A DNA stretch of 64,000 nt from Methylocystaceae bacterium (GTDB lineage Bacteria; Pseudomonadota; Alphaproteobacteria; Rhodospirillales; Terasakiellaceae), in assembly GCA_013373205.1 (NCBI GenBank), contig JABXIG010000003.1:969853-1033852 (forward strand), written 5' to 3'. This document shows, piece after piece, positions 47,803 to 57,373 of the stretch. Below the pieces are notes generated by a model. The model ran no database searches and had not been told where the DNA came from. It worked only from the letters and a program-made list of their open reading frames with translations. The stretch's first letter is position 1; the number at the start of each line of letters is the position of its first letter. The position numbers and the translations under genes were made by a program.

Positions 47803-48908
47803 CAAACAAGACCTTGCATATTGTTGGGGCAGGACTTGCGGGATTGTCCTGTGCTGTTCATGCAAAAGCAAGAGGGTACAATGTTCGACTCTATGAGGCA
47901 TCAAGTCAGGTCGGTGGACGCATTAAACAGGTTGGCGATCATGATAACGGCACCCATTTGTTAGTCGGGGCGTATAAAGACAGTTTTGAATATCTTGAAC
48001 TGATTGGAAGTGTGGATCAGCTCCAACCTGTCCCCACCAACAGTTACCAACTTTGTGAAGGGCCGTTATATTGGGAAATACCTGCACAAGGCTTTTTTAA
48101 AGCAATCCTGTTAGGCAAAGTTCCGGGGGTTTCACTATGGAATCTCTTTGGGAAAACCGCACAGCGCAGATTATGGGACCCAATGGTTCTTGCTGTTTTC
48201 AACACACCCTTAAAGCAACTTTCAAAGAAACTCGCCTGGCAGACTTTACGTGAAGTGCTTCAATCCGGACCGGATGGTTTGACGCCTTATCTCTGTCAGA
48301 CAACTTTGCACAACGCCTTTGTTGCCCCGGCGCTTGTAGGTCTAGAGCTTTCACTCAACACGCGATTATTGAGCTTTGATAATAGTAATCTGTATTTTAA
48401 AGATAAAACGATCACGCTGGATGACCAGAATAAAGCAGTCCTGTGCCTTCCCCAACAAGCCTACAGCCATATCAAGGCGCCTTTTCAAATTCCCAAGGTA
48501 AAATCTTCACCCATTACCAATATTCATTTTTATGTGGATCATCCTGTGCGCACAGCTTTCTTTGGGATGATCAATACGACCAGTCAGTGGGTTAGGGCAA
48601 AAGGTAAATTAATATCTGTGACCATCAGCCATTTTGATCTGGATCGCACATCATTGGCAGATAAAGTCTGGCGGGAAATCTGCTTTCATCTGGATAAGGC
48701 CCAAACCCAGACCCCAGTGCATAAAATCATCCGCGAAAAACATGCCACACCTTTTCAGGATGATGCTTTTATCTCTAACAAACTTTCAACAAAATCCCCC
48801 CTTCCCCATGTGTTTATTGCCGGGGATTGTGTGAATACAGGACTGCCTGCCACAATTGAAAGTGCAATACGTTCAGGAAAATGGGCAGCACAGGCCATTT
48901 TTGAATAA
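47799..48908 (+). CDS. hpnE: Hydroxysqualene dehydroxylase HpnE (compact)
   Basis: IVGAGLAGL FAD motif, DNGTHLLVGAY, SPITNIHF, REKHAT, GLPATIESAIRSG. Confidence 0.85.
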   Translation: MTNKTLHIVGAGLAGLSCAVHAKARGYNVRLYEASSQVGGRIKQVGDHDNGTHLLVGAYKDSFEYLELIGSVDQLQPVPTNSYQLCEGPLYWEIPAQGFFKAILLGKVPGVSLWNLFGKTAQRRLWDPMVLAVFNTPLKQLSKKLAWQTLREVLQSGPDGLTPYLCQTTLHNAFVAPALVGLELSLNTRLLSFDNSNLYFKDKTITLDDQNKAVLCLPQQAYSHIKAPFQIPKVKSSPITNIHFYVDHPVRTAFFGMINTTSQWVRAKGKLISVTISHFDLDRTSLADKVWREICFHLDKAQTQTPVHKIIREKHATPFQDDAFISNKLSTKSPLPHVFIAGDCVNTGLPATIESAIRSGKWAAQAIFE

Positions 48909-49015
48909 AATATTGAAAAAAAATTGATTTTTTTGCCGTTTACCCCTTCTCTTTTAGGGTAGGTGCTCCTACTTTTTAGAAAGGTTCAAATGAAACGTTT
49001 AAAAGAGGTTATAAA

Positions 49016-49618
49016 ATGGCTTTCGAACTTCCTGCCCTTCCTTATGCACAAGATGCGCTCGAACCGCATATTTCCGCCAATACGCTCAGCTTCCATTACG
49101 GCAAGCACCACAACACATATGTTGTAAATCTGAACAACCTTTTGGGCGATGCTGCTGGCAGTTCAGACGCTGAGCTTGAAGCTGTCATTAAAGACTCCGC
49201 AGGCGATGCGTCAAAAGCTGGTCTCTTTAACAACGCGGCCCAAGTCTGGAACCATACATTCTATTGGAACTGTATGAAACCCAATGGCGGTGGTGCCCCC
49301 ACTGGTGAAATCGCAGCAAAAATTGATGCTGCTTTTGGGTCATATGACAAATTTAAAGAAGAATTCTCTCAAGCTTGTATCACAGCTTTCGGCTCCGGTT
49401 GGGGGTGGCTGGTCATTGAAAATGGCGAGTTAAAAATCACTAAAACAATTGGTGCGGATACGCCGCTCGTACATGGTCAAACGGCACTTTTGACCTGTGA
49501 TGTATGGGAACATGCATATTATCTGGACTATCAAAACCTACGCCCAAAATATGTTGAAACATTCCTCAACGAACTTGTGAACTGGGACTTTGTTAATGAA
49601 CAGCTTGCTGCTGCTTAA
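49016..49618 (+). CDS. sodB: Fe/Mn superoxide dismutase (Fe-type likely)
   Basis: HYGKHH, FNNAAQVWNHTFYW, FGSGWGWL, DVWEHAYY. Confidence 0.93.
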   Translation: MAFELPALPYAQDALEPHISANTLSFHYGKHHNTYVVNLNNLLGDAAGSSDAELEAVIKDSAGDASKAGLFNNAAQVWNHTFYWNCMKPNGGGAPTGEIAAKIDAAFGSYDKFKEEFSQACITAFGSGWGWLVIENGELKITKTIGADTPLVHGQTALLTCDVWEHAYYLDYQNLRPKYVETFLNELVNWDFVNEQLAAA

Positions 49619-49640
49619 TACAAACTCATAGCTAACAATC

Positions 49641-49675
49641 AAAAGAGCGTTCCTTAACCGGAGCGCTCTTTTTTT
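49641..49675 (+). terminator. Intrinsic terminator after sodB
   Basis: AAAAGAGCGTTCC-TTAACC-GGAGCGCTCTTTTTTT. Confidence 0.8.
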
Positions 49676-49758
49676 ATTAACAAGTCTTTAACGTATCTGT
49701 CATGGGTTTCCATTACATTAAAATAGCAGTAATTTAAATGCGGGTAATTTAAATTAAA

Positions 49759-50139
49759 ATGGTACGTCCTCTTCTTGTTCTGGCGGGGTGTCTGATTATA
49801 CCGTTTAGTGCATTTGCCTTTTCCCCCATGATCCTTATTGATCTCGATTTTAAGGTTATCAAGATTGTACTGGTAATCATGTTGGGGGTAATTGCTTATA
49901 GTACCGTTTTATTGTCCGCTTCGCTTAAAGATCCGGATATCGAGAACGGTTTGTCACAACTTGGTTATTTGCAGCGTGTGGCCAATTGCAACCTTTATGC
50001 AAAGGGCTTTGCTGAATATGCGATGAGAGATCCCAACTCCGTATGGGAAACATATGGCCATATTTGGAAAGAAAAACCGCATCTTTTCAATGAAATCACA
50101 TCAGAAGTAATGATGCGCCTTGAAAAAGATGCGGCTTAA
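49759..50139 (+). CDS. Hypothetical membrane protein
   Basis: 126-aa ORF with a signal-like N-terminus and a second hydrophobic helix; fills the gap between sodB and the Mth938-like gene. Confidence 0.6.
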   Translation: MVRPLLVLAGCLIIPFSAFAFSPMILIDLDFKVIKIVLVIMLGVIAYSTVLLSASLKDPDIENGLSQLGYLQRVANCNLYAKGFAEYAMRDPNSVWETYGHIWKEKPHLFNEITSEVMMRLEKDAA

Positions 50140-50145
50140 AAATTC

Positions 50146-50526
50146 TTAAACTGCAATGATTGCCGCGAGGGTACGACGATCTTCCGTTTGTAAAACAGTA
50201 AAGGTACGGGCCGCCGCGCCAGAATTCATCCATTCCAGCACAAGCCCCTTTTCTTTTGCCGCTAAACGTATGTCCTTGGGCGGCATTTTAGAAAGTTCCC
50301 CATAACCGATGATGAGAATATCATAATTCTCCGCAACATTTAGAAGAGGCTGTATGCTGTCTAGCGTGATCTCACTTGCTTCAGTTGCAGTCCAAGGTTC
50401 AACCCTGTTTTCATAAAGCAGGATAGAACCTTCAACCTTTCTATCGTTAACCGTAAAACGACCATCGCCATAAGATGAGATCATTAAACGGCCATCGCTG
50501 ACCAGAGGCGTGATGTCCAAAGACAT
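50146..50526 (-). CDS. Mth938-like domain protein (NDUFAF3 homolog)
   Basis: ISSYGDGRF, GSILL, LIIGYG, EWMNSGAAARTF; coupled to secF. Confidence 0.88.
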   Translation of the reverse strand: MSLDITPLVSDGRLMISSYGDGRFTVNDRKVEGSILLYENRVEPWTATEASEITLDSIQPLLNVAENYDILIIGYGELSKMPPKDIRLAAKEKGLVLEWMNSGAAARTFTVLQTEDRRTLAAIIAV

Positions 50527-51476
50527 TAAACAGTCCCCTCGCCTTCTACTTTTTCAACCTCAGTATTTTCATCCTCATCATCGCTACGACGAAGGGTGAA
50601 ATACGTCAGGATCGGAACGGCAAGGCAAATGGAAGAATATGTCCCGATGACAATCCCCCAAATCATGGCAAAGCTAAATCCACGGATCACTTCGCCACCC
50701 AAGATATAAAGGGCAAGCAAAGCCAGTAACGTGGTCAAGGATGTCATGACCGTACGCGATAGCGTTTCGTTGACAGACATATTCAACAGTTCGGGCAATT
50801 CCATCTTTTTATATTTACGTAAATTTTCACGAACCCGGTCATAGACAACAACCGTATCGTTAATGGAATACCCCGCAATCGTAAGCACAGCTGCAACAGT
50901 CGACAGGTTAAATTCCATACCCAACAGGGCAAAAATACCGATGGTGGAAATCACGTCATGGATCAGGGCAATAACGGCGCCCATCCCAAACTGCCATTCA
51001 AAACGGAACCAGATATAGACAAGGATTGCACCGATCGCCAATGTGACCGCCATCAATCCATCTTCAAACAGTTCTTCAGATACTTTGGGGCCGACAAATT
51101 CCGTACGGCGATATTCAACCGTATCCTTAAGAACACTTTTGACGGCTTCCACGGCGGCTTGTTGTGCCTTCTCATCGCCTTCTTGACGTTGAATTCGGAT
51201 CAGAACTTCTTCGGGTTCCCCAAATTCCTGAATAGAAACCTCACCTAAACCAAGGTCAGAAAGGTTGCTTCTATATTCAGCGATATCAGCAGGTCCGGTT
51301 TTGGATCGCACCTCCATCATAATGCCACCTTGGAAGTCGATGCCGTAGTTCAAACCATTAACACCAAACAGCCCAAGAGAGCTGGCAATAAGAATGATGG
51401 AAAAAGCAAAGAAGATGAACTTTTTACTGATGAAATCCAGTTTTGTCCCGGTTGGGACTAAATGCAAATGTTTCAT
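50526..51476 (-). CDS. secF: Protein translocase subunit SecF
   Basis: GIDFQGG, EFVGPKVS, GYSINDTVVVYDRVREN, TLSRT, GTYSSI. Confidence 0.97.
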   Translation of the reverse strand: MKHLHLVPTGTKLDFISKKFIFFAFSIILIASSLGLFGVNGLNYGIDFQGGIMMEVRSKTGPADIAEYRSNLSDLGLGEVSIQEFGEPEEVLIRIQRQEGDEKAQQAAVEAVKSVLKDTVEYRRTEFVGPKVSEELFEDGLMAVTLAIGAILVYIWFRFEWQFGMGAVIALIHDVISTIGIFALLGMEFNLSTVAAVLTIAGYSINDTVVVYDRVRENLRKYKKMELPELLNMSVNETLSRTVMTSLTTLLALLALYILGGEVIRGFSFAMIWGIVIGTYSSICLAVPILTYFTLRRSDDEDENTEVEKVEGEGTV

Positions 51477-51490
51477 TTTAATCCCTCTCC

Positions 51491-53050
51491 TTAAATGTTC
51501 ATCGTCTTAGGTTTATTGCGACGTAGCCACATGACAACCAGCAAACGGGTAACCATAATGGCTGTGAACATGGATGTTAAAATCCCAATCGCTAGTGTGA
51601 CCGCAAAACCACGAACCGGACCGGAGCCAAATTCAAACAGTAAAACAGCTGCGATCAAGGTTGTGACGTTAGCATCGACAATAGTTTTAATCGCGCGTTT
51701 ATAGCCGGAATCCACCGCTGCAATCGGCCCCATGCCGTTTCGCAATTCTTCGCGGATACGTTCAAAGATCAAAACATTGGCATCCACCGCCATCCCGATG
51801 GTCAGAACGATCCCGGCAATCCCCGGCAAGGTCAAGGTCGCTTGCAAGACAGATAAGGCAGCCGTGATCAAAATGATGTTAAACATCAAGGCAATATCAG
51901 CATAGACACCAAAGCGCCCATAAGACAGGATCATAAACCCGATAACTGCGATCAAACCAACCAAACAGGCAATTTCACCTGCAGCCACAGAATCTGCACC
52001 CAAGCCAGGCCCAACGGTACGTTCTTCAAGGATCACCAGCGGTGCGGGTAAGGCACCTGCACGCAGCAGCAGGGACAGATCATTGGCTTCAGCAACGCTG
52101 AATCGACCCTTAATAATACCGCTACCGCCCAGGATGGGGCCGTTGATGTTCGGCGCACTAATGACTTTACCATCCAGCACAATCGCTAAAGAACGATTAA
52201 CATTCTGTGTGGTCACTTGACCGAATTTCTTTCCGCCTAGCGCGTTAAAGGTAAAAGAAACGACAGGCTGGCCATCTTGGAATGTCGGCTGGCTATCGAT
52301 CAGCATATCACCGCTGACTTCTACTTTGCGACGAACCGCAATCAGGCGCTGTTCGTTTTCAGCATCTGGTAACGCAATCGTGCCCGGTGGGATACGGCCT
52401 GTTGCCAGATCTTCTGGTGTTACGTTGTGGTTCACCAAATGGAAAGTCATTTTAGCCGTCTTACCAAGCAAACGTTTCACATCTTCAGGGTTATCAATAC
52501 CTGGAAGCTGGATCAGGATACGTTCATCACCTTGGCGTTGGATGTTCGGCTCTTTCGTACCGGTTTCATCAATACGGCGACGGACAATTTCAATTGATTG
52601 CTCAACCGCACTACGTTTGGCATCAATAATCGCCTGTTCAGTCAGCGCAATTGTGATTTTATGGCCATTGACTGTTGTCTCAGAACCCGTATCGAGTTTA
52701 TGCAACAGGTCATAAGCTTGATCGACCTGTTCTATCTTTTTGATCTGCACATGGACAATATTATCTGTCTTGCCCAATCCTGTGTAACGGATCCGTTCAG
52801 AACGCAAAGAAGAACGAACAGAATCTACAATAGATTCCAGACGTTCATTAATAACGGTCTGTGCCTCAACTTCTAAAAGAAGGTGTGATCCGCCTTGCAG
52901 GTCAAGGCCGAGACTGATTTGTTGGTTGGGAAGCCATCCCGGGAGTTCAGCCGTTGTATTCCGGTCAAACATGTTGGGCGCAGCAAACGCCACGCCCAAC
53001 AAACAAACCGCAATCACAAGGGCAATTTTCCATTTGGCGAAGTAGACCAT
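51491..53050 (-). CDS. secD: Protein translocase subunit SecD
   Basis: LGLDLQGG, RRRID, VGPGLG, GMAVDANVLIFERIREE. Confidence 0.97.
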   Translation of the reverse strand: MVYFAKWKIALVIAVCLLGVAFAAPNMFDRNTTAELPGWLPNQQISLGLDLQGGSHLLLEVEAQTVINERLESIVDSVRSSLRSERIRYTGLGKTDNIVHVQIKKIEQVDQAYDLLHKLDTGSETTVNGHKITIALTEQAIIDAKRSAVEQSIEIVRRRIDETGTKEPNIQRQGDERILIQLPGIDNPEDVKRLLGKTAKMTFHLVNHNVTPEDLATGRIPPGTIALPDAENEQRLIAVRRKVEVSGDMLIDSQPTFQDGQPVVSFTFNALGGKKFGQVTTQNVNRSLAIVLDGKVISAPNINGPILGGSGIIKGRFSVAEANDLSLLLRAGALPAPLVILEERTVGPGLGADSVAAGEIACLVGLIAVIGFMILSYGRFGVYADIALMFNIILITAALSVLQATLTLPGIAGIVLTIGMAVDANVLIFERIREELRNGMGPIAAVDSGYKRAIKTIVDANVTTLIAAVLLFEFGSGPVRGFAVTLAIGILTSMFTAIMVTRLLVVMWLRRNKPKTMNI

Positions 53051-53076
53051 ATGTCCGGTCCCTTCCTTGCTTGTGA

Positions 53077-53478
53077 TTAGTCTTTTTTACCGCCGAAAAG
53101 CTTTTTCAAGCCGCCGGCTTCTTCGGTTTTCTCAGCTGCGCCATCTTTAGCGGCATCGCCTTTGGCCGGTTCTGTTTTATCGATAACAGACGCGATCATT
53201 TCACGGCGTACTTTAACAACTGTGTCCTTGGCGATTTCAACAGATACTTCAGTGTCACTGTCAACCTTGGTGACTTTACCAAGAATACCACCACTTGTCA
53301 GGATGTTGTCGCCACGACGCAGGGCCTCCAACATTTTTTTATGTTCTTTAGCACGCTTTTGTTGCGGACGAATCATCAGGAAATAGAACACAACAAAGAT
53401 GAGAATCAGCGGCAGAAACGCTTCGATACCGCCCCCTGCACCACCAGCAGCTTGAGCATAAGCCGGAGAAATGAGCAT
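53077..53478 (-). CDS. yajC: Preprotein translocase subunit YajC
   Basis: FYFLMIRPQQKR, GDNILTSGGI. Confidence 0.96.
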   Translation of the reverse strand: MLISPAYAQAAGGAGGGIEAFLPLILIFVVFYFLMIRPQQKRAKEHKKMLEALRRGDNILTSGGILGKVTKVDSDTEVSVEIAKDTVVKVRREMIASVIDKTEPAKGDAAKDGAAEKTEEAGGLKKLFGGKKD

Positions 53479-53611
53479 AGAAAACTCCTAAAGGTTAAGA
53501 TAATAGTCGTTGGGTACTCCCAAACTTGGCCGCAGACTATACAATGGGATGTTTACATTTTCCACAGGAATTCGTAGCTTTCTCAGACATTTTTTAGAAC
53601 AAGAGGACATC

Positions 53612-54466
53612 ATGCGCGATCAAGAATATTTAACGGTCCTGACCCGAATTGCAGATGCATTGGATCGACAATGCCCCAAGAAAACTTCCTGCAATGACCT
53701 TAATCAGGCTGATGCTTTTGTCTGGCAGCCCCTGACCAACAGTCTTGATCCTATTTTAAAGGTAAACCATATCGCCTTGGATATGCTGCAAGGCATTGAC
53801 CTTCAAAAAGAAATCCTTTTGAAAAACACCAAGCAATTCGCCGATGGCTTCAGTGCGAACAACGCTCTTTTATGGGGCGCACGTGGTACAGGTAAAAGCT
53901 CCATCGTCAAGGCCATCCATGCAAAGCTCAATAATGATACCCCCCATAGTCTTATATTGGTAGAAATCCATCGTGAAGATCTGGAAACCATGCCGGATCT
54001 GTTGAAAGTTTTAAAGCAAACAGATCGCCGATGCGTGCTTTATTGTGATGATTTATCCTTTGATGGCGGGGATACCAGCTACAAATCCTTAAAAGCCGTT
54101 CTGGAAGGTGGGATTGAGGGGCGCCCGGAGAATGTAATTTTTTACGCAACATCAAACCGACGCCACCTGATGCCCCGTGATATGATCGAAAATGAACGTT
54201 CCACTGCCATTCATGCTTCCGAAGCCGTTGAAGAAAAAGTCTCCCTCTCTGATCGGTTCGGTCTATGGCTCGGATTCCATAATATGGATCAGGAAACCTA
54301 TTTTGCCGCCATCCGTGCTTATGTTAGCGATTACGGCCTGAAAATCAGCGAAGAAGACTGGAAAGCAGAAGCCATTGAATGGACCGTTACCCGCGGCGGA
54401 CGTTCCGGCCGTGTGGCTTGGCAATATATTCAAGACCTTGCTGGTCGATTAGGTCAGAAACTCTAA
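53612..54466 (+). CDS. DUF815 family AAA+ ATP-binding protein (start taken at MRDQEY)
   Basis: LLWGARGTGKSS Walker A, CDDLSF, YATSNRRHL, SLSDRFGL; GAGGA RBS before ATG 53612. Confidence 0.9.
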   Translation: MRDQEYLTVLTRIADALDRQCPKKTSCNDLNQADAFVWQPLTNSLDPILKVNHIALDMLQGIDLQKEILLKNTKQFADGFSANNALLWGARGTGKSSIVKAIHAKLNNDTPHSLILVEIHREDLETMPDLLKVLKQTDRRCVLYCDDLSFDGGDTSYKSLKAVLEGGIEGRPENVIFYATSNRRHLMPRDMIENERSTAIHASEAVEEKVSLSDRFGLWLGFHNMDQETYFAAIRAYVSDYGLKISEEDWKAEAIEWTVTRGGRSGRVAWQYIQDLAGRLGQKL

Positions 54467-56103
54467 ATTTGGTAACCTAGCTTTTCGGTTATACCGCGCA
54501 GTGTTTCATAATATGGTGACAGCAGGAGATCGTAATTTTTCCATCGGTTTAGTGAATTATTATAAAGTGGTTGGACAACTTGATGATAGCTTGCTGTCTG
54601 AATTTGTTTTTTTTCTAACGCAACTTTATAAAATTCAGATGTTTTATCCGACCATTCCAAATCAAGAAAACTAAACAATTCTTTTGTTGTGTTTTCGAAG
54701 TCTGATACAAGGTCTTCATATTTGATAGTAAGGGTTGTGTCCTCTTTTGCCCTTAGAGGAACGTCTGCCATGACATGATTGAACACTTTTGCAATTTCAT
54801 TCAGTTTCATAAAGTCTCGGGTCAAGCTGCTAGGAACGAAAAATTGCATATAACAGGATAAGATAATATCCAACGGATGCCGATTAAGGATAACAATTTT
54901 TGCTTCAGGGAAGATTTCACGAATAAAATTGAGATAAATCATGTTTGGAGCACTGCGATCTATGAGTAATCTATCCCCGGTCCAGCCATAATCTTTTTTA
55001 TAGTAATCAAAAAAGGCCTTTTGCATTTTCTTACGTGATAATATCCGACCTTTTCGTATACTTTTCAGGTTATTGATAAAAACTTTACCCAAAACTGGGG
55101 TTTCTTCAAAAACCTGAACTGTTTTATTGGTTGACAGTACTTGATCAACCAATGTGGTGCCGGAACGCAAAAAACCAATAACAAATACAGGTGCTTTAAA
55201 AGAACTTTCCCCTTCCACCTTCAGCTTCTTTAGAAGCTCAACCGTTTCAATCGTTGTTAATTCCGCATCTTGTCCATACATTTGAAAAGCAAAATCATTG
55301 GCCGTTTGAAAAGCGACAATGGCATCTTGGTATTTTCCCATTTTATCTAAAAGAAAACCATGCTCATAAATAGCTTTTGTATATGCTTGTGCAGAAACAG
55401 TAGGTCTATGTTGGAAAAAGTCTTTGTAGCAAGCTTCGGCTTTATCAAACTCTTTTTCTCGGCTGTAGAATGCCGCGAGATGGAATAAGACGCCAGGCGC
55501 TTTTATGATTTCCTCATCTAGATCAGAAATTAGCTCGGCAATCTCTTTTTGTCTGTTTGTGCGGTCACAATGATTTAGAAAACTTGCAACAGTATTTATA
55601 GTTGGTTTGAACTGTTTAACCGCCTGTTTAAAAGATTCAAAAGCCTCATCTGGTTTGTCCAATTCAACATAGGCATCACCTAGTAAGCGATAGGTTTCTT
55701 CTCTAGCATAGCCATTTTCATTTAACTTATTTAGGATGATTGTAGATTTTTGAGCCTGCCCAGTCTTAATATAACAATCAGCTAGGGCTAGTTCTGCATC
55801 AACATTATTAGGGTTGTGTTTGAGAAGCTTTGCCAGAAATTTTATCGCTTCATCATATACTTCTTTTTGTAGACAGAACTGAAGATATTGATTTTTTAAA
55901 TCTGGATTAGATGGGAAAGCCATCATTGCGGATTTATAGAGCCTAACCACTTCTTTAATATTTTGTTGGCTTGAGGCAATTTCAATTGCACGCCGATAAA
56001 CTTCTATTGTTGCTTTCTTACTTTTTATTTCTTTTAGTAATCTTTTGGTCGCAACATCAACCCTACTTGCGCGTATAAGGTTGTCAATTTCATTTAAATC
56101 CAT
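54463..56103 (-). CDS. TPR-repeat sulfotransferase family protein
   Basis: N-terminal TPR repeats; PAPS-binding motifs VFVIGFLRSGTT and NRHPLDIILS; TASYHQVVQPLY...RWKNY C-terminus. Confidence 0.88.
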   Translation of the reverse strand: MDLNEIDNLIRASRVDVATKRLLKEIKSKKATIEVYRRAIEIASSQQNIKEVVRLYKSAMMAFPSNPDLKNQYLQFCLQKEVYDEAIKFLAKLLKHNPNNVDAELALADCYIKTGQAQKSTIILNKLNENGYAREETYRLLGDAYVELDKPDEAFESFKQAVKQFKPTINTVASFLNHCDRTNRQKEIAELISDLDEEIIKAPGVLFHLAAFYSREKEFDKAEACYKDFFQHRPTVSAQAYTKAIYEHGFLLDKMGKYQDAIVAFQTANDFAFQMYGQDAELTTIETVELLKKLKVEGESSFKAPVFVIGFLRSGTTLVDQVLSTNKTVQVFEETPVLGKVFINNLKSIRKGRILSRKKMQKAFFDYYKKDYGWTGDRLLIDRSAPNMIYLNFIREIFPEAKIVILNRHPLDIILSCYMQFFVPSSLTRDFMKLNEIAKVFNHVMADVPLRAKEDTTLTIKYEDLVSDFENTTKELFSFLDLEWSDKTSEFYKVALEKKQIQTASYHQVVQPLYNNSLNRWKNYDLLLSPYYETLRGITEKLGYQI

Positions 56104-56204
56104 AGCTGAACCTGTTTTAGAGTGTAAACGGGTTCCCTGTCAGATCAAACTCTTTGGTTTGTTACTTGATATTTTATAACATAGACTGAATTAATCAAGG
56201 ATGC

Positions 56205-56555
56205 TTATACCTCTGACCACACGGCTAATTCGTAACCGTCTGGGTCTTTAAATTCAAAACGTTTCCCACCTGGGAATTCAAAAATATTTTTCGTTATCTC
56301 GCCGCCAGAGGCTTGTATTAAATTTATCAACAATTCCAATTTCTTGCCATAAAGAACAATCAATGGACCACCGGGTTTTGAAGGGGCAACGACAAAGCCT
56401 CCTTTCATATGGCCATCATTGAATTCGCAATAGGTCGAACCATAATCTGTAAAAGTCCAACCAAAGACAGTGCCATAAAAATCTTTGCTACGTTGAATAT
56501 CGCTTACTGCAAATTCAATATAGTTGATTGTTTTATCAATTGGATCACAAACCAT
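56205..56555 (-). CDS. VOC family (glyoxalase/bleomycin resistance) protein
   Basis: INYIEF, FYGTVFGW, GGKRFEFKDPDGYELAVWS. Confidence 0.9.
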   Translation of the reverse strand: MVCDPIDKTINYIEFAVSDIQRSKDFYGTVFGWTFTDYGSTYCEFNDGHMKGGFVVAPSKPGGPLIVLYGKKLELLINLIQASGGEITKNIFEFPGGKRFEFKDPDGYELAVWSEV

Positions 56556-56556
56556 T

Positions 56557-57327
56557 TTACACCTCTAATTCGCACCAGACTGGGGTATGATCCGAAGCTT
56601 TTTCCCAGCCTCTCGGCGTTTTATCAATCCCGGCATCTATTAAAATATCAGTTGCTTGTGGGGACACCAAAAGATGATCAATCAGCACACCATGATCCTT
56701 GTTCCAGCCGCCGCCACGGTAATCCCACCACGAAAACTGACCGGGTTCTGGGTGATAGAGCTTAAAGGAGTTGGTCAGGCCGAGGTTGAGTTGTTCGCGA
56801 TAAAGTGCTCTGCCCTCTTCACGGCAAATGGCATCGCTGCCCATTTTTTGGATGTCATACACATCGCCATCATCTGGGGCGACATTATAATCCCCTGCCA
56901 ACACAAACGGGAGTTCTTCAGCCAAAAGTTCTTTTGTGCGGGCAATGACCCGCTTCATGAAGTCCAGTTTATATGTGAATTTTTCACTATCCACCGGATT
57001 ACCGTTGGGGAAATAAATGGAAGCAACGCGAATGCCACCAATGTCGGCTTCGATATAGCGTGATTGTTCATCCGAATCATCGCCGGGCAGTTTTGTCAGC
57101 ACAAGTTCAATCGGCAATTTGGACAGAATCGCAACGCCATTAAAAGATTTTTGTCCGACATATTCGATATGATAGCCAAGGTCTTTCAGTTCCATCTCTG
57201 GAACCGCATCGCCGGTGGTTTTAAGTTCCTGCAACAAAGCGACATCCGGGGCAAAGTCTTTAAGCCATTTAAGCAGATGTTCTGTACGAGCGTTGATGCC
57301 ATTTATGTTCCAGCAAGCGATTTTCAC
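56557..57327 (-). CDS. xth: Exodeoxyribonuclease III
   Basis: WNINGI, LQELK, GQKSFNGVA, PNGNP, GDYN, IDHLL, SDH. Confidence 0.95.
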   Translation of the reverse strand: MKIACWNINGINARTEHLLKWLKDFAPDVALLQELKTTGDAVPEMELKDLGYHIEYVGQKSFNGVAILSKLPIELVLTKLPGDDSDEQSRYIEADIGGIRVASIYFPNGNPVDSEKFTYKLDFMKRVIARTKELLAEELPFVLAGDYNVAPDDGDVYDIQKMGSDAICREEGRALYREQLNLGLTNSFKLYHPEPGQFSWWDYRGGGWNKDHGVLIDHLLVSPQATDILIDAGIDKTPRGWEKASDHTPVWCELEV

Positions 57328-57373
57328 TGAGATTTCTCCATTGAGCTTTTCTTTGTAGATAACATATACTGTA

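Noticed and set aside
49729-49754. GTAATTTAAAT direct repeat upstream of the 126-aa hypothetical gene
   Set aside because: Only two copies of a very AT-rich 11-mer; chance cannot be excluded.
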